From Octopus sinensis (taxonomy: Eukaryota), in assembly GCF_006345805.1 (NCBI RefSeq), contig NW_021833274.1, positions 62,001 through 126,000 of the forward strand: a DNA stretch of 64,000 bases, read 5' to 3'. The notes under the pieces were generated by a model that made no database searches, was not told the origin of the DNA, and saw only the letters and a program-made list of their open reading frames with translations. Position 1 is the first letter of the stretch. Each line of letters opens with the position of its first letter. Positions 1 through 12,416 of this stretch are shown here, piece after piece. A program made the position numbers and the translations under genes.

Positions 1-2
1 GT

Positions 3-830
3 GAAGATGAAATCGAATTAAAGCTTAAGTGCGTTGAGGTCCAACTTAATAAATAAAATTTAGGCGGAACATAACTATAACCACTTTGGGAGAGACCGGC
101 TTTTTTCGAAATTAAGAAATCTCTATTATGGATTGAATAGAGAAGAAATCTCTAAGGTGATTTCGAATTGTGCTTTCTGTCAGGTAATAACTCCTTTTAG
201 TAAATATTCTTAGTCGAAAAAATTATTGTCTACGAAGCCTCCGATTACGCCAATCATTGCAAGGAGATGTAGGGACAGATACATTGCGGATTTAATTGAC
301 CTCAGAAGATATTCGGCGTTGAATGATGGCTTTAGCTGGGTATGAATTTAATGTTAATAAATAGATTTTGGTAATTGTGGATTCTTTTTCCAAATATGTA
401 ATGCTTGAACTGTCGGTGACCAAATCTTCTGAAGAAATCGCAGATTTATTCCAAAGAATTTTTTATTATGTCGGGCCTCCGCTTATTCTACACACTGATA
501 ATGGAAGGGAATTTTGCAATTCGCAAATGGATGCTCTATGTACGAAATATGGTATAAAACATGTACGTGGGAGGCCTCGTGCTCCTTGGGTACAAGGGCA
601 AGTCGAAAGGTTAATGATTTAAAATCGATTTGTAGATTTAATCAAAGCATAAAACGCTGGATATCGTCGGCAAGTTCTTCTCAAAATTGTTTTGGACGAT
701 ATCGCGAATGCATAAAGGACATCGTGTATGATTACAATAACAGCAAGAAATGATCTCTATGTTATCGAAAAGGAGGACGGTGAGCGGTTACACGGAATTC
801 ATATTTCTCGATTAGCTAAAATTGATTAAT
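3..830 (+). mobile_element. Intron-containing rve/DDE integrase (Ginger/GIN/KRBA2-SCAND3-like); 5' part lies outside the window; probably decayed at the 3' end
   Basis: Removing GT-AG introns 39-63, 184-213, 340-364 and 610-635 gives one frame: HNYNHFGRDRLF...CAFCQ (HHCC zinc domain), ...DLIDLRRY...SWILVIVDSFSKY...LHTDNGREF...GQVERFNQSIKRW...YNNSKK* (D,D,E triad). A YVIEKEDGERLHGIHISRL tail fragment follows the stop at 753. Confidence 0.82.
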
Positions 831-1555
831 TTTCATAAATCCATAATAAAAATAATTTTTTATTTAAATTAACGATAAATTTTATATGAAAATTTTATTA
901 GGATAACCTAAAATGGAATAACAATATTCAAACGTATAAGTTAACTGCGTAAATTGAGTGTGGTTGGTTTTGTTTATATAAATTAGTAAAAAAGGTTAAT
1001 GAATTTTACATTAAAAATCATATTTTTAATAATAATTAAACATTTTGTTGTGTAAATTTTTAATTTCAGTAAAATTAAAGAATGTAATTATTCGGCGTGT
1101 ATTTTATTCGGACTGTGACATTTCATCATTCAAAACAATATTTTTAGACCTTTTGTTTACAAACCAAATCCAAAGAGCTCCCTCCAGATCCAAATTCTTC
1201 ACAGATTTAGTGCGCTTAGCTTTTGAGTTATAATCATCCAAGTTTTATCTGTGTCGTAGTATTTCACAAACAGTCTTTCTTTGGACAGATAGTCTCCATA
1301 TTTTTGAGAAGTGATCAGCAATTTCCTAATGCGATTTATGTTTATTATTGTTATAATATTCAATTATTTCGTTTTTATGCTTAAAATTAAGAGATAGTCT
1401 TCTACAGCTTTCACTATTTACCATTCTGCAATTTAAGTGCTAAAATCACGTAACCTATAACCGGTTAAAAACAATAATAAATTATTGTAATTCATATGAC
1501 TTAAAAATAATAATTAAAAAATTTGAATGGCGTTATATCAGATAAGGCAAATAAT

Positions 1556-1680
1556 TTGGCGTGGCAATAACTGAGTGGCGGGGTTTAGCATTATAAAGAG
1601 AAATTCAAAAAAGAACAAAAAATGACGCGGCAATAAGCGGGGTGGCATTATAAGGGGATGGCATTATAGAGGAGTTTAAG
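1556..1680. mobile_element. Possible right-end remnant of a Tigger/pogo-type element
   Basis: Repeated GGC(A)ATTATA/GGCAATAA subterminal motifs ending ...ggcattatagaggagtttaa; no matching left end found. Confidence 0.3.
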
Positions 1681-2029
1681 TTTATTTGAAAAATTGGATT
1701 TTAAAGGAGACGTATGTGGAATAAAAAATTAGATTATCAAAAAGATGAATTCTAATGATATCAATAAAATAATGAATTTCGATGATCATCTCATTTCACG
1801 TTTGATTATTTTTTGTTAATTGTCAGACTATATCGTGCGCAGTGTAATGACTATTTTCGATACAAAATCTTAAACGAAGATAAGAATTTTAAAGTGGATA
1901 ATGTAAAATAGTATTTAATTGCGAATAAACAATGGATAAAATCATAAAAAATTATCTACGCACGAGACAAGAAAAGTGTTCCGACTAGATAATCAAAAAT
2001 TCGACTAGATTTATGAGTCAATCATCGAA

Positions 2030-2440
2030 CAAATACTTGATGTCATAAACGGAAAAACTATTTCAAGAGATTGGTTCTACACAGGGGTGACATATCTTAT
2101 TTCGAAGTGTAAAAACCCGGTGTCCCCAAAAGAGTTACGGCCTATAACATGTATGCCGTTTCTTTATAAATTAATGACCAAATGTGTAAACACTAAGTTT
2201 GGAAAGTTTGTAGAAGTTTTCGGCCATCTTTCTGAAAATCAACTGGGAACAAGTAAGCTATGCCAGTGGAAAAAGAACAAGCATTCGTGAATAGAGTTAA
2301 ACAAAGCGAATGCTTTTTTAGCGTGGATCGACGCTAAAAAAGCATTTGATTTAATAGATCACGATTTTCTGATACAGATTTCGGAAATTATGATCTATTT
2401 GGATGGATTGTCAAGCTTTTTGAGTCGATGGTCACCAGAT
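2030..2440 (+). mobile_element. R4/Dong-like non-LTR retrotransposon RT fragment
   Basis: WFYTGVTYLI...LRPITCMPFLYKL...NQLGT...AWIDAKKAFD, collinear with the RT of the copies at 21552 and 55365; frameshifted and truncated. Confidence 0.8.
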
Positions 2441-3957
2441 AAAAAGTCAAACTAGGGCTATATGGCAAGTACATCAGATGGAGAGTCATCGAACAAAGCT
2501 AAAAGAAATAGGGAGAACCTCATTATAAATAGATCTTTTTCAGCTGTGTTTATTTTTGAAGGGGGATTGTTGAGGATATTGATTACAGTCAGTTCGTTCA
2601 AGGATGGCTTTTTTATTATTTCTTTCATTTTCAATGGCTTTTTGTCAGTGAATGAGTTTAAAATACGAGAAGTAATTTGCAGTCACGCTGCATGTTGTGT
2701 TTTTGTGATGTTCATTCTTCTATTGAAACTTAATCAAATATAAGACCCACTTATCTGGTCAGCATGAGCGCTCTAATGGAGTCACCAGATCTGGATCCAC
2801 AAAAAAATTCCACAATAATCTCCCCGGGTAACACGGATACGTTTATAGAATTCACTGGTGAAACCCATCCACATCTATAATGTCGGAACATGGGAATTTT
2901 CTGATACGGATAATTTTAATCTTCACTCGGGAAATACACCAAACTATTTAGTATATTTATTTCAAATATAATTCCACACTGAAAATAGACATAAGATATA
3001 CATTTACTTACAAAAATTAAAGATAATTTTTTTGTCACATATAAAAAAGTAAACCCATAAATCACTTCAGCAAGAGCCGAAATACGAATGACGTTTGACA
3101 TCACCTGAGCACAAAAAACGAATTAACTTTCAGCAAGACTCAGCTCATTCACAGACAATCCAAAAGAGATGATAGACCCCCCAAAACAGGTATATTCTCA
3201 CCAACAAATCCCAAACCAAATTTGAAAAGTGTGTCTCTATCCTTTAGTAACTACAACCTGAGTACAATTAGTACAATTGGGAGTAGTTTATACTAATTGA
3301 AATTATCAAAATAACAGCATAGAAATGCTCTTTGTAATAAATACGGATGTTAGATATTATTTTTTAGACTAGACTTCATTCGGATGTATATGGAAGCCAA
3401 GAGTTTATCTTCTTAGATTTAATCTTTGAGATCGGTAGGACTATGATTTTTTGTGAGGAATGCGACTGATTTGGAAATAGTGTTCATTAGTCTGCTCAGG
3501 TTTTGTTTTTGTAAAATCCATTCATTTTCATTGATTTTTTAGGATTTTATAACTTTTCTGCATTTTCCATAAACGAGAAAGGGGAAATTTCTTTGTCACC
3601 CCTGTTTTAAGTTGTGTGAGTTTTCTTCCTTGTAGTCTTCTTCTAAGTTTAGTACTATATAAAATTTTATTTTTATCAAGAACTGATATATAGACCCTAG
3701 ATATAAATGACCAGTCAACAAAATTTATTAGAGGATTTGATTATGATAGTTCTTTAGTTCATAATATTCCCTCAATGAGAGTAAACATAATATCCGAGGA
3801 TCTCTCTACCAAAAATCCGTTTTTCAAATTAGTAAATCGCAGGATACCACATTGATTTTTTGCCAGAAGTACTCAAAGTAAACTTTATAAACAAATTTAG
3901 ACTTTTTTGTTTCTATTTAATAAAATTTTATTTTTTTAATTTTTGTACAAAATTATT

Positions 3958-4752
3958 GTGACCGGTTTTATTTTGGACCAGGTTTTATTTTGGACCTCTG
4001 AAATCTTCGATGTAATTAAATCATGTGTTGAGTGCCTTTTTGTTACTAATAAGAGAACATAACTTTAACTTAAATTAGGATTTTAGTGTTAGGGTTAAAA
4101 TTTTGTTTAGGGTTAAGGTTAAAATGTTTAGCGTTAAGGAGAAAATGTTTAGGGTTAGGGTTAAAAATTTGTTTAGGGTTAAGGTTAAAATTTTTAGGGT
4201 TAGGGTTAAAATGTTTAGGGTTAAGGAGAAAATGTTTAGAGTTAGGGTTAAAATGTTTAGGGTTAAGGATAAAATGTTCAGGGTTAGGGTTGAAATTTTG
4301 TTAGTTGAGATTAAGATTTTTATAATTAAAATTAAATTAAGTTTTTTATCGTTTGGACAACTATTAAAAATAGGGGTTTTAAAATTAAATTAAAAATTAG
4401 GGTGTTTTAGAATTAGGATTTTGGGTGTTAGGGCTATTATTAGAATGTATATGTGTTAGGGTTATATTTTTAAAATTTTTAATTAATAGAATTATATTTA
4501 GTTTTTAATTTTTTTAGAATGGAAGACCAATTTTTAAATAAATATCGTAACGGCAACGCTGTAATTATCAAATTTGTTGATTGGTTGGGTTGTGCATACT
4601 TCCATTTTTTAAAAAACTAAATGAAATCAAGAAAAAACTATACAAAAGTATAATTTAACATTAACTAATATATTTTTAGTGGAATAAAATTTTTATTATT
4701 GATTTTTTTTCTCGGTCCAAAATAAAACCTGGTCCAAAATAAAACCTGTGAC
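3958..4752. mobile_element. Non-autonomous TIR element (795 bp) containing a telomere-like array
   Basis: Left end gtgaccggttttattttggaccaggttttattttggacc is the reverse complement (2 mismatches) of right end ggtccaaaataaaacctggtccaaaataaaacctgtgac. Flanking direct repeat aattatt at 3951-3957 and 4753-4759. Superfamily unresolved. Confidence 0.75.
4083..4292 (+). repeat. Degenerate TTAGGG-based tandem repeat (unit about 21-23 bp, about 10 copies)
   Basis: Units such as ttagggttaaggttaaaatgt, ttagggttagggttaaaatgt and ttagggttaaggagaaaatgt. Confidence 0.9.
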
Positions 4753-5662
4753 AATTATTTTTTTAAATTAGAATAAGATATTTAATATATTTGGCCACAA
4801 AAAAGATCAGGATAAAACCTATTTATTATAACGTTAATTACTCTGGACAATATCTTTGCTTAAAATCTTGATAAAAAATGTTGAAAAGATTATTCCCATA
4901 TTTATTGTCTTTTTTTACCGAGGTCGGACTGCTCAGACTCCCAATTGTAGTTTCTTGGTCTATCAGTAATAGTTCGCATGAATTAACATTTATTTGATTT
5001 CTTTAAATGAACAAATGAAAATGTGGTTTTTTTGTTCGCCATTTCCTTTTTTATTACTTTGTTTGTATAGATTGTTCTTTCATTGTCATTAAGTGAGATT
5101 AAGTCGACTATTAATGATAATAAAATAAATATAAACTTATTTTGTTTGAGCAAATCACACGATTTCTAATTTTTTTCCACAAATACGCAACATTACTCTT
5201 TCCTTTATTCTATTTTACCCATAAACTTACAGCAACCATTTAGTTTAATTATGATGTCGTTCTAAATATTTTTATTTTAAAATCACATGTCGTAATTTAT
5301 ATTTGAAATAATATAAATAATTCAATATCGTACTAAAAAAGATTAAGTCGTAATTGTGTTTGTTGTTGTTTCTTATTAAAAGATTTATATTCAAATTTAA
5401 AAATATTTATCCTTAAAAATTTTTTTTACATATCTCTGAAGTCAGTGTTTTGTGGTATATATTTTTAGTCAATTATTATGGAAATTAACCATCTGAATAT
5501 TCTCAGAGTAAATGCTTCAATCAGGCATGAATTCAAAACACCGTGAGTAGAAGAAATATGACCAACTCTTATTTGAATTTCTTGCTAAATCTTGTTAAGA
5601 GAGTTAGCATGCAGGTATAATGGAGATTAGCTAAAAAATACGCATATATTAAAAATTCTATT

Positions 5663-6098
5663 ATTATTTATTATTATAGCACTTTCACGAAAGCCATAAT
5701 GTTTATAGCCCCGCATGTGCAACACTCAATGTAACGATATTTAAGGTTAGTTTTTTCCATTTTCCTCTGTCGTATGCGAGTGATCTCAATTCGTCCAGGT
5801 CGTCCCCCGTCTTTAGGTTTTTCCTCATTCGATTTAGGTTTTTGTTTAAGGCAGTTGGAAGTGTCGATCTAGGTCGTCCGCGGAAGGGTATGTCGCATCT
5901 GTCGAAGTAGTCTTCCATCGCTTTGTTAGCGGGTGCGTCCGGGTTCATTCTTAGTACATGCCTGAATAGCCTCCACCGGGCATCTACCACATTCCCGCTG
6001 ATGCAGGAGCACATACACTTGTTGTAGATACCATTGGTTGATATTCGACGTGGTCACTCCATTCCGAGTAAGCTTCTTAGTTGCCTTCTATGGAATGT
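5663..6098 (-). mobile_element. 5'-truncated RTEX/Proto2-like non-LTR element 3' end
   Basis: C-terminal motif ARWRLF(R)HVLRM...RGRPR.TLP...DLDELRSLAYDR.KW, a (TAA)n-like tail, and a 12-bp TSD aaaaattctatt at 5651-5662 and 6099-6110. Confidence 0.85.
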
Positions 6099-6689
6099 AA
6101 AAATTCTATTGAATTCTTAAAAATAAAAATTATAACCTTTTAATATAATTTTTTATAAAACTAATCAAATAAATTTTTCACATGTGCGTTTCGCAGTTTC
6201 GTTAGTTGTATTGACTGCAACATAATATGAGGCACTAAGAGGCATAACTTGATTTTTATGTTGTCATATGTCTCGTACATTTTCTAATGAGCTTTTTTGG
6301 AATTATGCGCAAATGATTACTTTTTTCCCCGACTGTTTCTTTGATGAGTCTTTCATATGATGCGCATTATATTAGGTAGAAATTATGAATCATATTTTTG
6401 TGATTTTTAGTAAGGCCTAATGGCTAAAATTCTGAGATTTTGTTACGCCATTTCTTGGTGATGTATTTTTTAAAAGTCTCAGAAAGATAGAATCTTTCGA
6501 ATCCCCATATAGGAAAATGTTTTTGCTACTTCTAAAAATAACTTGTTAATAACCACCTGGTTGTATCTGAGGGTATCTATAACAATCTAACGAGATAACT
6601 CGTTTGCTATCGGCGGTGTGGCCACTGGCGAATCCTATTTTCATTATTTTTTATCAATTAAATAAATTTTAAATAAAAAAACTTGTTAA

Positions 6690-7200
6690 TACAGTAGAAT
6701 ATCCATTTAACAAAAAATTTTAATTGAAAATTTCAAACCACTCACCCTTAAACGGTTGAACGGTTAAATTCCAAAATGAGTTTGGAAAATATAAAGATTT
6801 TGTTTCTTTTAGAGCATGCACCAGTCTACTATTTTGATGGAGAGTAGAGTAATATCGATTTGTATTTTCTTGCTGCAAAGACAACATCTAAGATTCTATT
6901 AATTTATCATGGGATTGTAAATTCATTTAAATCGTCGTATAAAAAATGACTATAATTTTGAGTATGTAATAGAATAATTTGAGTATGGGAACAAGTATAC
7001 AAACATTGTTATATACTGTTGAACTTACTAAATTAAAATTAGTGAATGTTCCACCTGTAATTATTGAGGCCTGGAACGAAGTCACAGTGGTAAGCTATTA
7101 AAGTGGCTGGAAATAATAATTTTAATATTCTAAAATCTTTAACATGGCTAAAGAAAGGAATATATTTGAGGCTGTGTTCTCTTATTCAAGACAGAAACAG
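6690..7200 (+). mobile_element. Degraded Tigger/pogo (DDE_1) transposase remnant
   Basis: Broken FLAAKTTSKIL...GIVNSFKSSY and IEAWNEVT...GWK resemble DDE_1 FLP.NTTS.LQP.D.GII..FK..Y and AW..V....I..CW; tacagt end at about 6690. Confidence 0.5.
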
Positions 7201-7899
7201 TAATGAAAAACGTCTTCATTACGAATTTTCCACTAAAAAAGTGGATTATTTTGAAACTTGATGTAATAGAATATTAAATTCGAATGACACGAGAAGGAAT
7301 AATGAGATTGAAAGATGTATTGACATGTATTCATGTCAAAGATTTTGAACCAAAAAGTACCAAAAAATTGATAAATTACTATGCAGACAAAACCATGTAA
7401 AAATTTATGAATTTTTTCGAAAAATCGACTCTGTTAGACCAGATAAATTAAGTTTTGTTAAAATGTTCAGAATCACGTCAAAAATCAACTAATTTACATT
7501 TCTCTAAAACGAAAAGTTATTTAAGTTGCCAAAATTAAAAAAGTTTTTCAAACCACGAGTTCGAAATCATGCATGCAGAGTGTTAACCTACAGCACTTGT
7601 TTATAAGTACTTGATGGTGTCTGCTTCAGGTACACTCTGGCATTTAAATAGCACCGAATGTGCTGCCTCTACGATAGTAGCCATCTGTAGTTTTTCTTGA
7701 CATAACAGCCCTTAGAATCTATGTTTTTATAGTATCTTATACTGACTGTTCTTTTATGTCATTGAAAAACTAAAAAATTCCAGTCGATTTTCAAGTGTAT
7801 CAAAGTCAATTAATAATTTAATAAAAATGAATTATTAATACCTCTACGACTCACTGTAAATCTGTAAATATAATTTCATGATGTAATAGGATGTTAAAT

Positions 7900-8520
7900 T
7901 CAGATTACAGCAGAAGGCATAATACATCAGGTTTATTTGCGTGCATTTATGTTGGAGATTTTAAATGAAAAATTTAAGAAATTGAAAAATTACTTCGTGC
8001 ACTGTATTATGTCAAATAGTTTCGCGGAAAGACGGGTCGATGCTACAATTAAGCTTAACAAAAATACAATATAATAAACCTGATATATTCTTGATTTCAC
8101 CTCAATAGAAACTGTTTGATTCCCTCATTAAGGCAACCAAAAACAAGGGTTTTATAAAACATTGATTTCTAAAAATCAAAAATCAATTTTAGAAAAATAA
8201 TTAATAACAGTTTTCATCAAATTAAGTCAAAAATCTTAAAATTTTTTAGCACAGTATCTATTGAAATGATCTCAGGAATAAAATGCGTAAAAATGTTTCT
8301 TCTCCGACTCATCAACAGAATCTTGCGTTTTTCTTCCAATTGTTTTGAAATCATCGTTTCCTTAATTTTTGTTATAAAAATTATGGAAAAATTTTCCAAT
8401 TCACACATTTAATATTTTGTGTACGACATTTTTTATTGTAAATTAGTTAATCTTACTTTACTCAGATTACAGCAGAAGGCATAATACATCAGGTTTATTT
8501 GCGTGCATTTATGTCGGAGA
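7900..8520 (+). repeat. 59-bp direct repeat (7900-7958 and 8462-8520)
   Basis: tcagattacagcagaaggcataatacatcaggtttatttgcgtgcatttatgt(t/c)ggaga occurs twice with one mismatch. Confidence 0.95.
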
Positions 8521-8568
8521 AAAACCAGCAGGTTGAATATTGAAAATAGTGTTCAAAAAATAAGGAAT

Positions 8569-9822
8569 ATGGTCAAGGAAAAGAAAGAAAAAATGGCCAA
8601 GAATAATCAAAATCTCTCATCAATCAAAGCTTGCTCCAAAGTTCAAAAACGAACAGCGGCAAAGCCACAGCCCTTTTGCGAACCCATCAAAGCTGAAGAT
8701 CCCACAGAACTGCCGAAGTCTACTGGGCCTCAAAAACAGAGTGAGACCCAATCCCATCAGACGAAAACTGAGCCTAACACCTCAAGCCTCACATATTCCC
8801 TGAGTATCGAAAACTCGACACTTGGAAAGATCAAGAGGTTTAACCTCCTATCCAACTCGCCAACTGCCTCCAAAGCCCGGATAACTTTACAGAAGTCCGG
8901 CACCTTCATTCTAAAATTCAGATCGCCCGAGGATGCTGCTGCTTTCAAAGCAGAGCTGTCTCAATCAAATATGTTTGGGGAAGGCGGCCATAAACTTGCC
9001 TCAGTAGCTGAGAAGGCCTCAGTCTTGGTCCTTAAAGGAATCCCTCATTGGATCTCGACAGAGGATCTTAACCTCCACTTGAGAGAAAGTCTAGAATCGG
9101 ACTTCAAGTTCGAAAGATTCTCTCGCAATGGAACCGACATACCTGTCGGCAGACTCACGCTGGATTCCAGAGCCGAGGCCAACACCCTCATCCGCTTTGG
9201 AATAACTGCGGGCTTCAGCCATATCCGCTGCGAATGGCACAAGCCGTCAGCAACGAGATGCTTCTGTTGCAATCAGTTTGGACATACGTCCTACAGATGC
9301 TCCGAAAAACTCCGTTGTCTCCTCTGTGGTAAAGAACACAGGCACCAAAACTGCCCGAGTTCCAAGCCCAAACCGAGTGTCCCAGCTGCAAAAACTTGCA
9401 TTAACTGCAAGAACACTGGGCACTTGGCGTGCTACGGTGGATGTCCGTCTGCCAAAGCAGCAACAGCAGCCTTAAGGGTTTCGAAGAGCCCACAGACTAA
9501 AAGCCCAGTACGCTGGGTAAAAGCCGAACGGATGGAATCAGTCTGGACAAAAGGGTCTCCCCAAAGTCCGTCGAAAGTCGATGTCTCTATTCAGACGTCG
9601 CCGGCCCTCAGGTCTCAAACAAGCTCGAAGTCAAACACTAATGAGTCCCATAACTCAGAAGTGGTCCGCTCGGCTCCCCCCCATAAGAAGGGAGAGGACC
9701 TACACAACAGAGATTCCCTATTGGAATCCTTCTGCCGTTGGGTAGACACCCTGACCAAGGCTGGAGTAAGTTTGAATATGGTGCAAGAGCTCCTGCTAGA
9801 AAGGAGCAATTCACCAACATAG
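8569..9822 (+). CDS. LINE ORF1 (gag-like nucleic-acid chaperone with three CCHC knuckles)
   Basis: CFCCNQFGHTSYRC, CLLCGKEHRHQNC and CINCKNTGHLACYGGC. In-frame ATGs at 8569 and 8593; the ORF-track GTG at 8503 lies in the duplicated 59-mer. Confidence 0.88.
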   Translation: MVKEKKEKMAKNNQNLSSIKACSKVQKRTAAKPQPFCEPIKAEDPTELPKSTGPQKQSETQSHQTKTEPNTSSLTYSLSIENSTLGKIKRFNLLSNSPTASKARITLQKSGTFILKFRSPEDAAAFKAELSQSNMFGEGGHKLASVAEKASVLVLKGIPHWISTEDLNLHLRESLESDFKFERFSRNGTDIPVGRLTLDSRAEANTLIRFGITAGFSHIRCEWHKPSATRCFCCNQFGHTSYRCSEKLRCLLCGKEHRHQNCPSSKPKPSVPAAKTCINCKNTGHLACYGGCPSAKAATAALRVSKSPQTKSPVRWVKAERMESVWTKGSPQSPSKVDVSIQTSPALRSQTSSKSNTNESHNSEVVRSAPPHKKGEDLHNRDSLLESFCRWVDTLTKAGVSLNMVQELLLERSNSPT

Positions 9823-12416
9823 CCACGATCAAAATAATCGTTGTGAATGCCCGTTCTATCAAGAGACGGCATCACGACTTCGTTGAGATGGTGAACAGCG
9901 GCCATCCAGACATTATTGTCGTCAACAAGTCGAAGCTCAAGGAAGATGACTCGTACCAGCTCCCAGGCTACCGGTCAGTGGATCTTAAATGGGGTAGCTG
10001 CTCTACGCCTGGGACTGGTTCGAGCATCTTTTACAGCGAAAATCTCAAAGTCTGTAACCTCACTATCATCGAGGGGACACTGTGTGAATTCCTCTTCCTT
10101 GAGGTGAAAACAGAGTCTTTCTGGCTAAAGATCGGTGGAATATACTGCAAATATCTTCCTCCCTGCACCAGTCTGATTAACGATTTCTTCTCAAATACCG
10201 CTCACTGCCTTCTTATTGGAGACCTAAACTCGAAGCATACGGCGTTTGGATGTCGATTAAGCAACCAGGATGGTCGAACACTGAAGAAGATCACTGACAA
10301 ACTTGGTGTTTTCGTCAGGACATCTGAAGTGCCGAACCACTAATCGCCCTACGGCGAGGACAACCTATGCCTGTCCATCTGTTCTCACTCGATCGCTACC
10401 ATTATGGAAAAGCCTACAGTGCTTGACGATATCGGAAGTGATCACCTTCCTATGGAGATCAAAATTCACTCTAGCTCTATTAAAGAAGAAGACGTATCCA
10501 CAGGCTACAGTCTTTCAAGAATCAACTGGCCACACTATAGAAGCTCCATGAGTGCCTTTCTACTTGTGAACACTCACCTTACATACTACAACACTGCCAG
10601 CGACATCGACTATGCAAGCGATGAGCTAACAAATTTCATGCGCCATTATCTAAAATCGTACGGAACAGTGCCATGTGCTGACCGCCTACGAAGATCTACT
10701 CTAAGCACGAAGGTGAAACTTCTTCTCAACGAGAGAAAGCGGCTGAGAAACAAACTCAAGCGCTGTGTTGACCCCACTGACAGGGGTAGACTTAAAGACA
10801 TGATCTCGAAAATTGGCTATGAAGTTCAAGTCGTGACAAAGCTGGAAACTGCCAGGAAATGGCAGAAGGCTTGTCAAAACTTAGACTACAGAAACCCAAA
10901 TTTCTGGGACTGTTTCCGCAAAGTGGCTAACCTCGAAGGAAAATCCTCACCCCCGAGGCTGTGCAACCAATTTGGTATGCCCGTCTCGCCACAGGAAATC
11001 CCGAAAATTTTCGCAGAACACCTGGCCATTATCCAGGAAGCCAATCCAATAACGCCGCAAGGCAGGGAGTCGGAGCCACTGCCGCGCGCACTGTCGTCGG
11101 AACATCACCCGATCATCACTGCAGAGGTGACCTGGGCCATCCGTTCGTCAAAAGGCAACGCACCAGGCCACGACAAAATACCGATGCGGCTGTTTAAGGA
11201 AGCCTCTGAAGACCTACATGTGTTCCTTGCGGATCTGTTTACGGCAAGTCTCAAGTGGGGCCATGTGCCGGGAAAATGGAAAATCTCAGAGGTCCGGATG
11301 ATCAAAAAGCCTGCGAAGCCTGTGAACCTCGCTAGCAGCTATCGTCCCATAAGCCTAATCCCAACTATCTCAAGGCTGATGAAAAAAATCATGGCCAAGC
11401 GCCTTGACTTCCACTCAGAAGAAAAGAGAGTGCTGCTAACGCAGCAATGGGGTTTTCGTTCTGGGCGTAGCTGCAGTGACTGTTTCATAACGGTACAGTC
11501 CATGATTTCGAGAGCAATGGAATTTAAAGAAACTCTATCTCTTGTATGTCTGGACATTTCAAAAGCTTTCGACACCGTCTGGCACAGAGACCTACTGGAA
11601 AGGATCCAACTCTGTGTGCCTACAGCGGAAGTCTACCTCTGGCTGCGCTGCTTTCTCTCCGAACGATACTCGTTTATTTCCGAATCTGGTTTCCGCTCAA
11701 GAGATATTTCACTCCGAAGAGGGGTTCCGCAGGGGTCCTGCCTCAGTCCACTTCTTTTCAATTTGGTTATGAGCAGTTTCCCTTTGCCCCAGGACCCTCT
11801 GACAAATCTACTTCTCTATGCTGATGACGTCCTTATCCTTGACACCTCAAAAGATGTGATGGCCTCAGAAAAGAGGCTTTTCACCTACATTGAGGTAATA
11901 AAGGAGTGGTGCGCCAGCAAACAGCTCTCGTTAGCAATGGATAAATCCGCTTTCCTACAAATCAACTCGAAAAAGTCATCAGATCAGAGCTCTGGGCCCC
12001 TAGCCGAAATTGGACGCCCCAGCTGCATACGCTACCTGGGGCTTACGATCGACGCTAACTCAGGCTACCGTCTGCATGTAAAGAAAAAGAGAGCGAAAGC
12101 CATTGCGGCTCTCCGCCTCTTAAGAAGCATGCATCTGGATCCTAAGACATTCCTCTTTGTGTTCCATGCAACCATCCTACCCAGCTTGCTGTACGGAATG
12201 GAAGCATGGTACTACTCGAAAGATCTCGAGAAAATTTACGGGAAATGCGAGAAAATCCGACGCTACGCGCTGAAGCTAGCTTATAGGCTTGACCCACGAG
12301 GCCCCGTCCCAAGCTGGGCGGAGACCAGATCCCTGGAGATACGACAGGTCATTGAGAAATCTATCCGGTCTTTCCGGAGGAGATCCCAAGTGACCGACCT
12401 GTTTATCGACCGGTAA
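9819..12416 (+). pseudogene. LINE ORF2 (APE endonuclease + reverse transcriptase) with one in-frame TAA at 10341-10343
   Basis: Track ORFs 9738-10343 and 10404-12416 share a frame. Motifs VVNARSI, GDLNSKH, GSDHLP, YRPISL, Q.GFR, DISKAFDTV, GVPQGS.LSP.LF, YADD, YLG. Confidence 0.9.

Noticed and set aside
2440-3200. Possible host gene fragments (also 14480-14710, 17986-18168, 27631-27924, 34126-34476, 36570-37061, 54753-55022, 61100-61900)
   Set aside because: No recognisable motif or consistent exon chain; cannot be supported without a database search.
4083-4292. A true chromosome end or telomere fusion
   Set aside because: The array is short, degenerate, single-orientation and enclosed by TIRs.
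4086-4393. ORFs 4086-4304 and 4103-4393 as proteins
   Set aside because: They are translations of the TTAGGG-like repeat.
10341-10343. Reassigned stop codon (ciliate-type code)
   Set aside because: Host genes end in TAA or TGA at the expected positions and long exons are open in the standard code.
8757-11824. Antisense and alternate-frame ORFs over the LINE (likewise over the R4 and CRE elements and SMG1)
   Set aside because: Shadow ORFs of longer coding regions with no motifs of their own.
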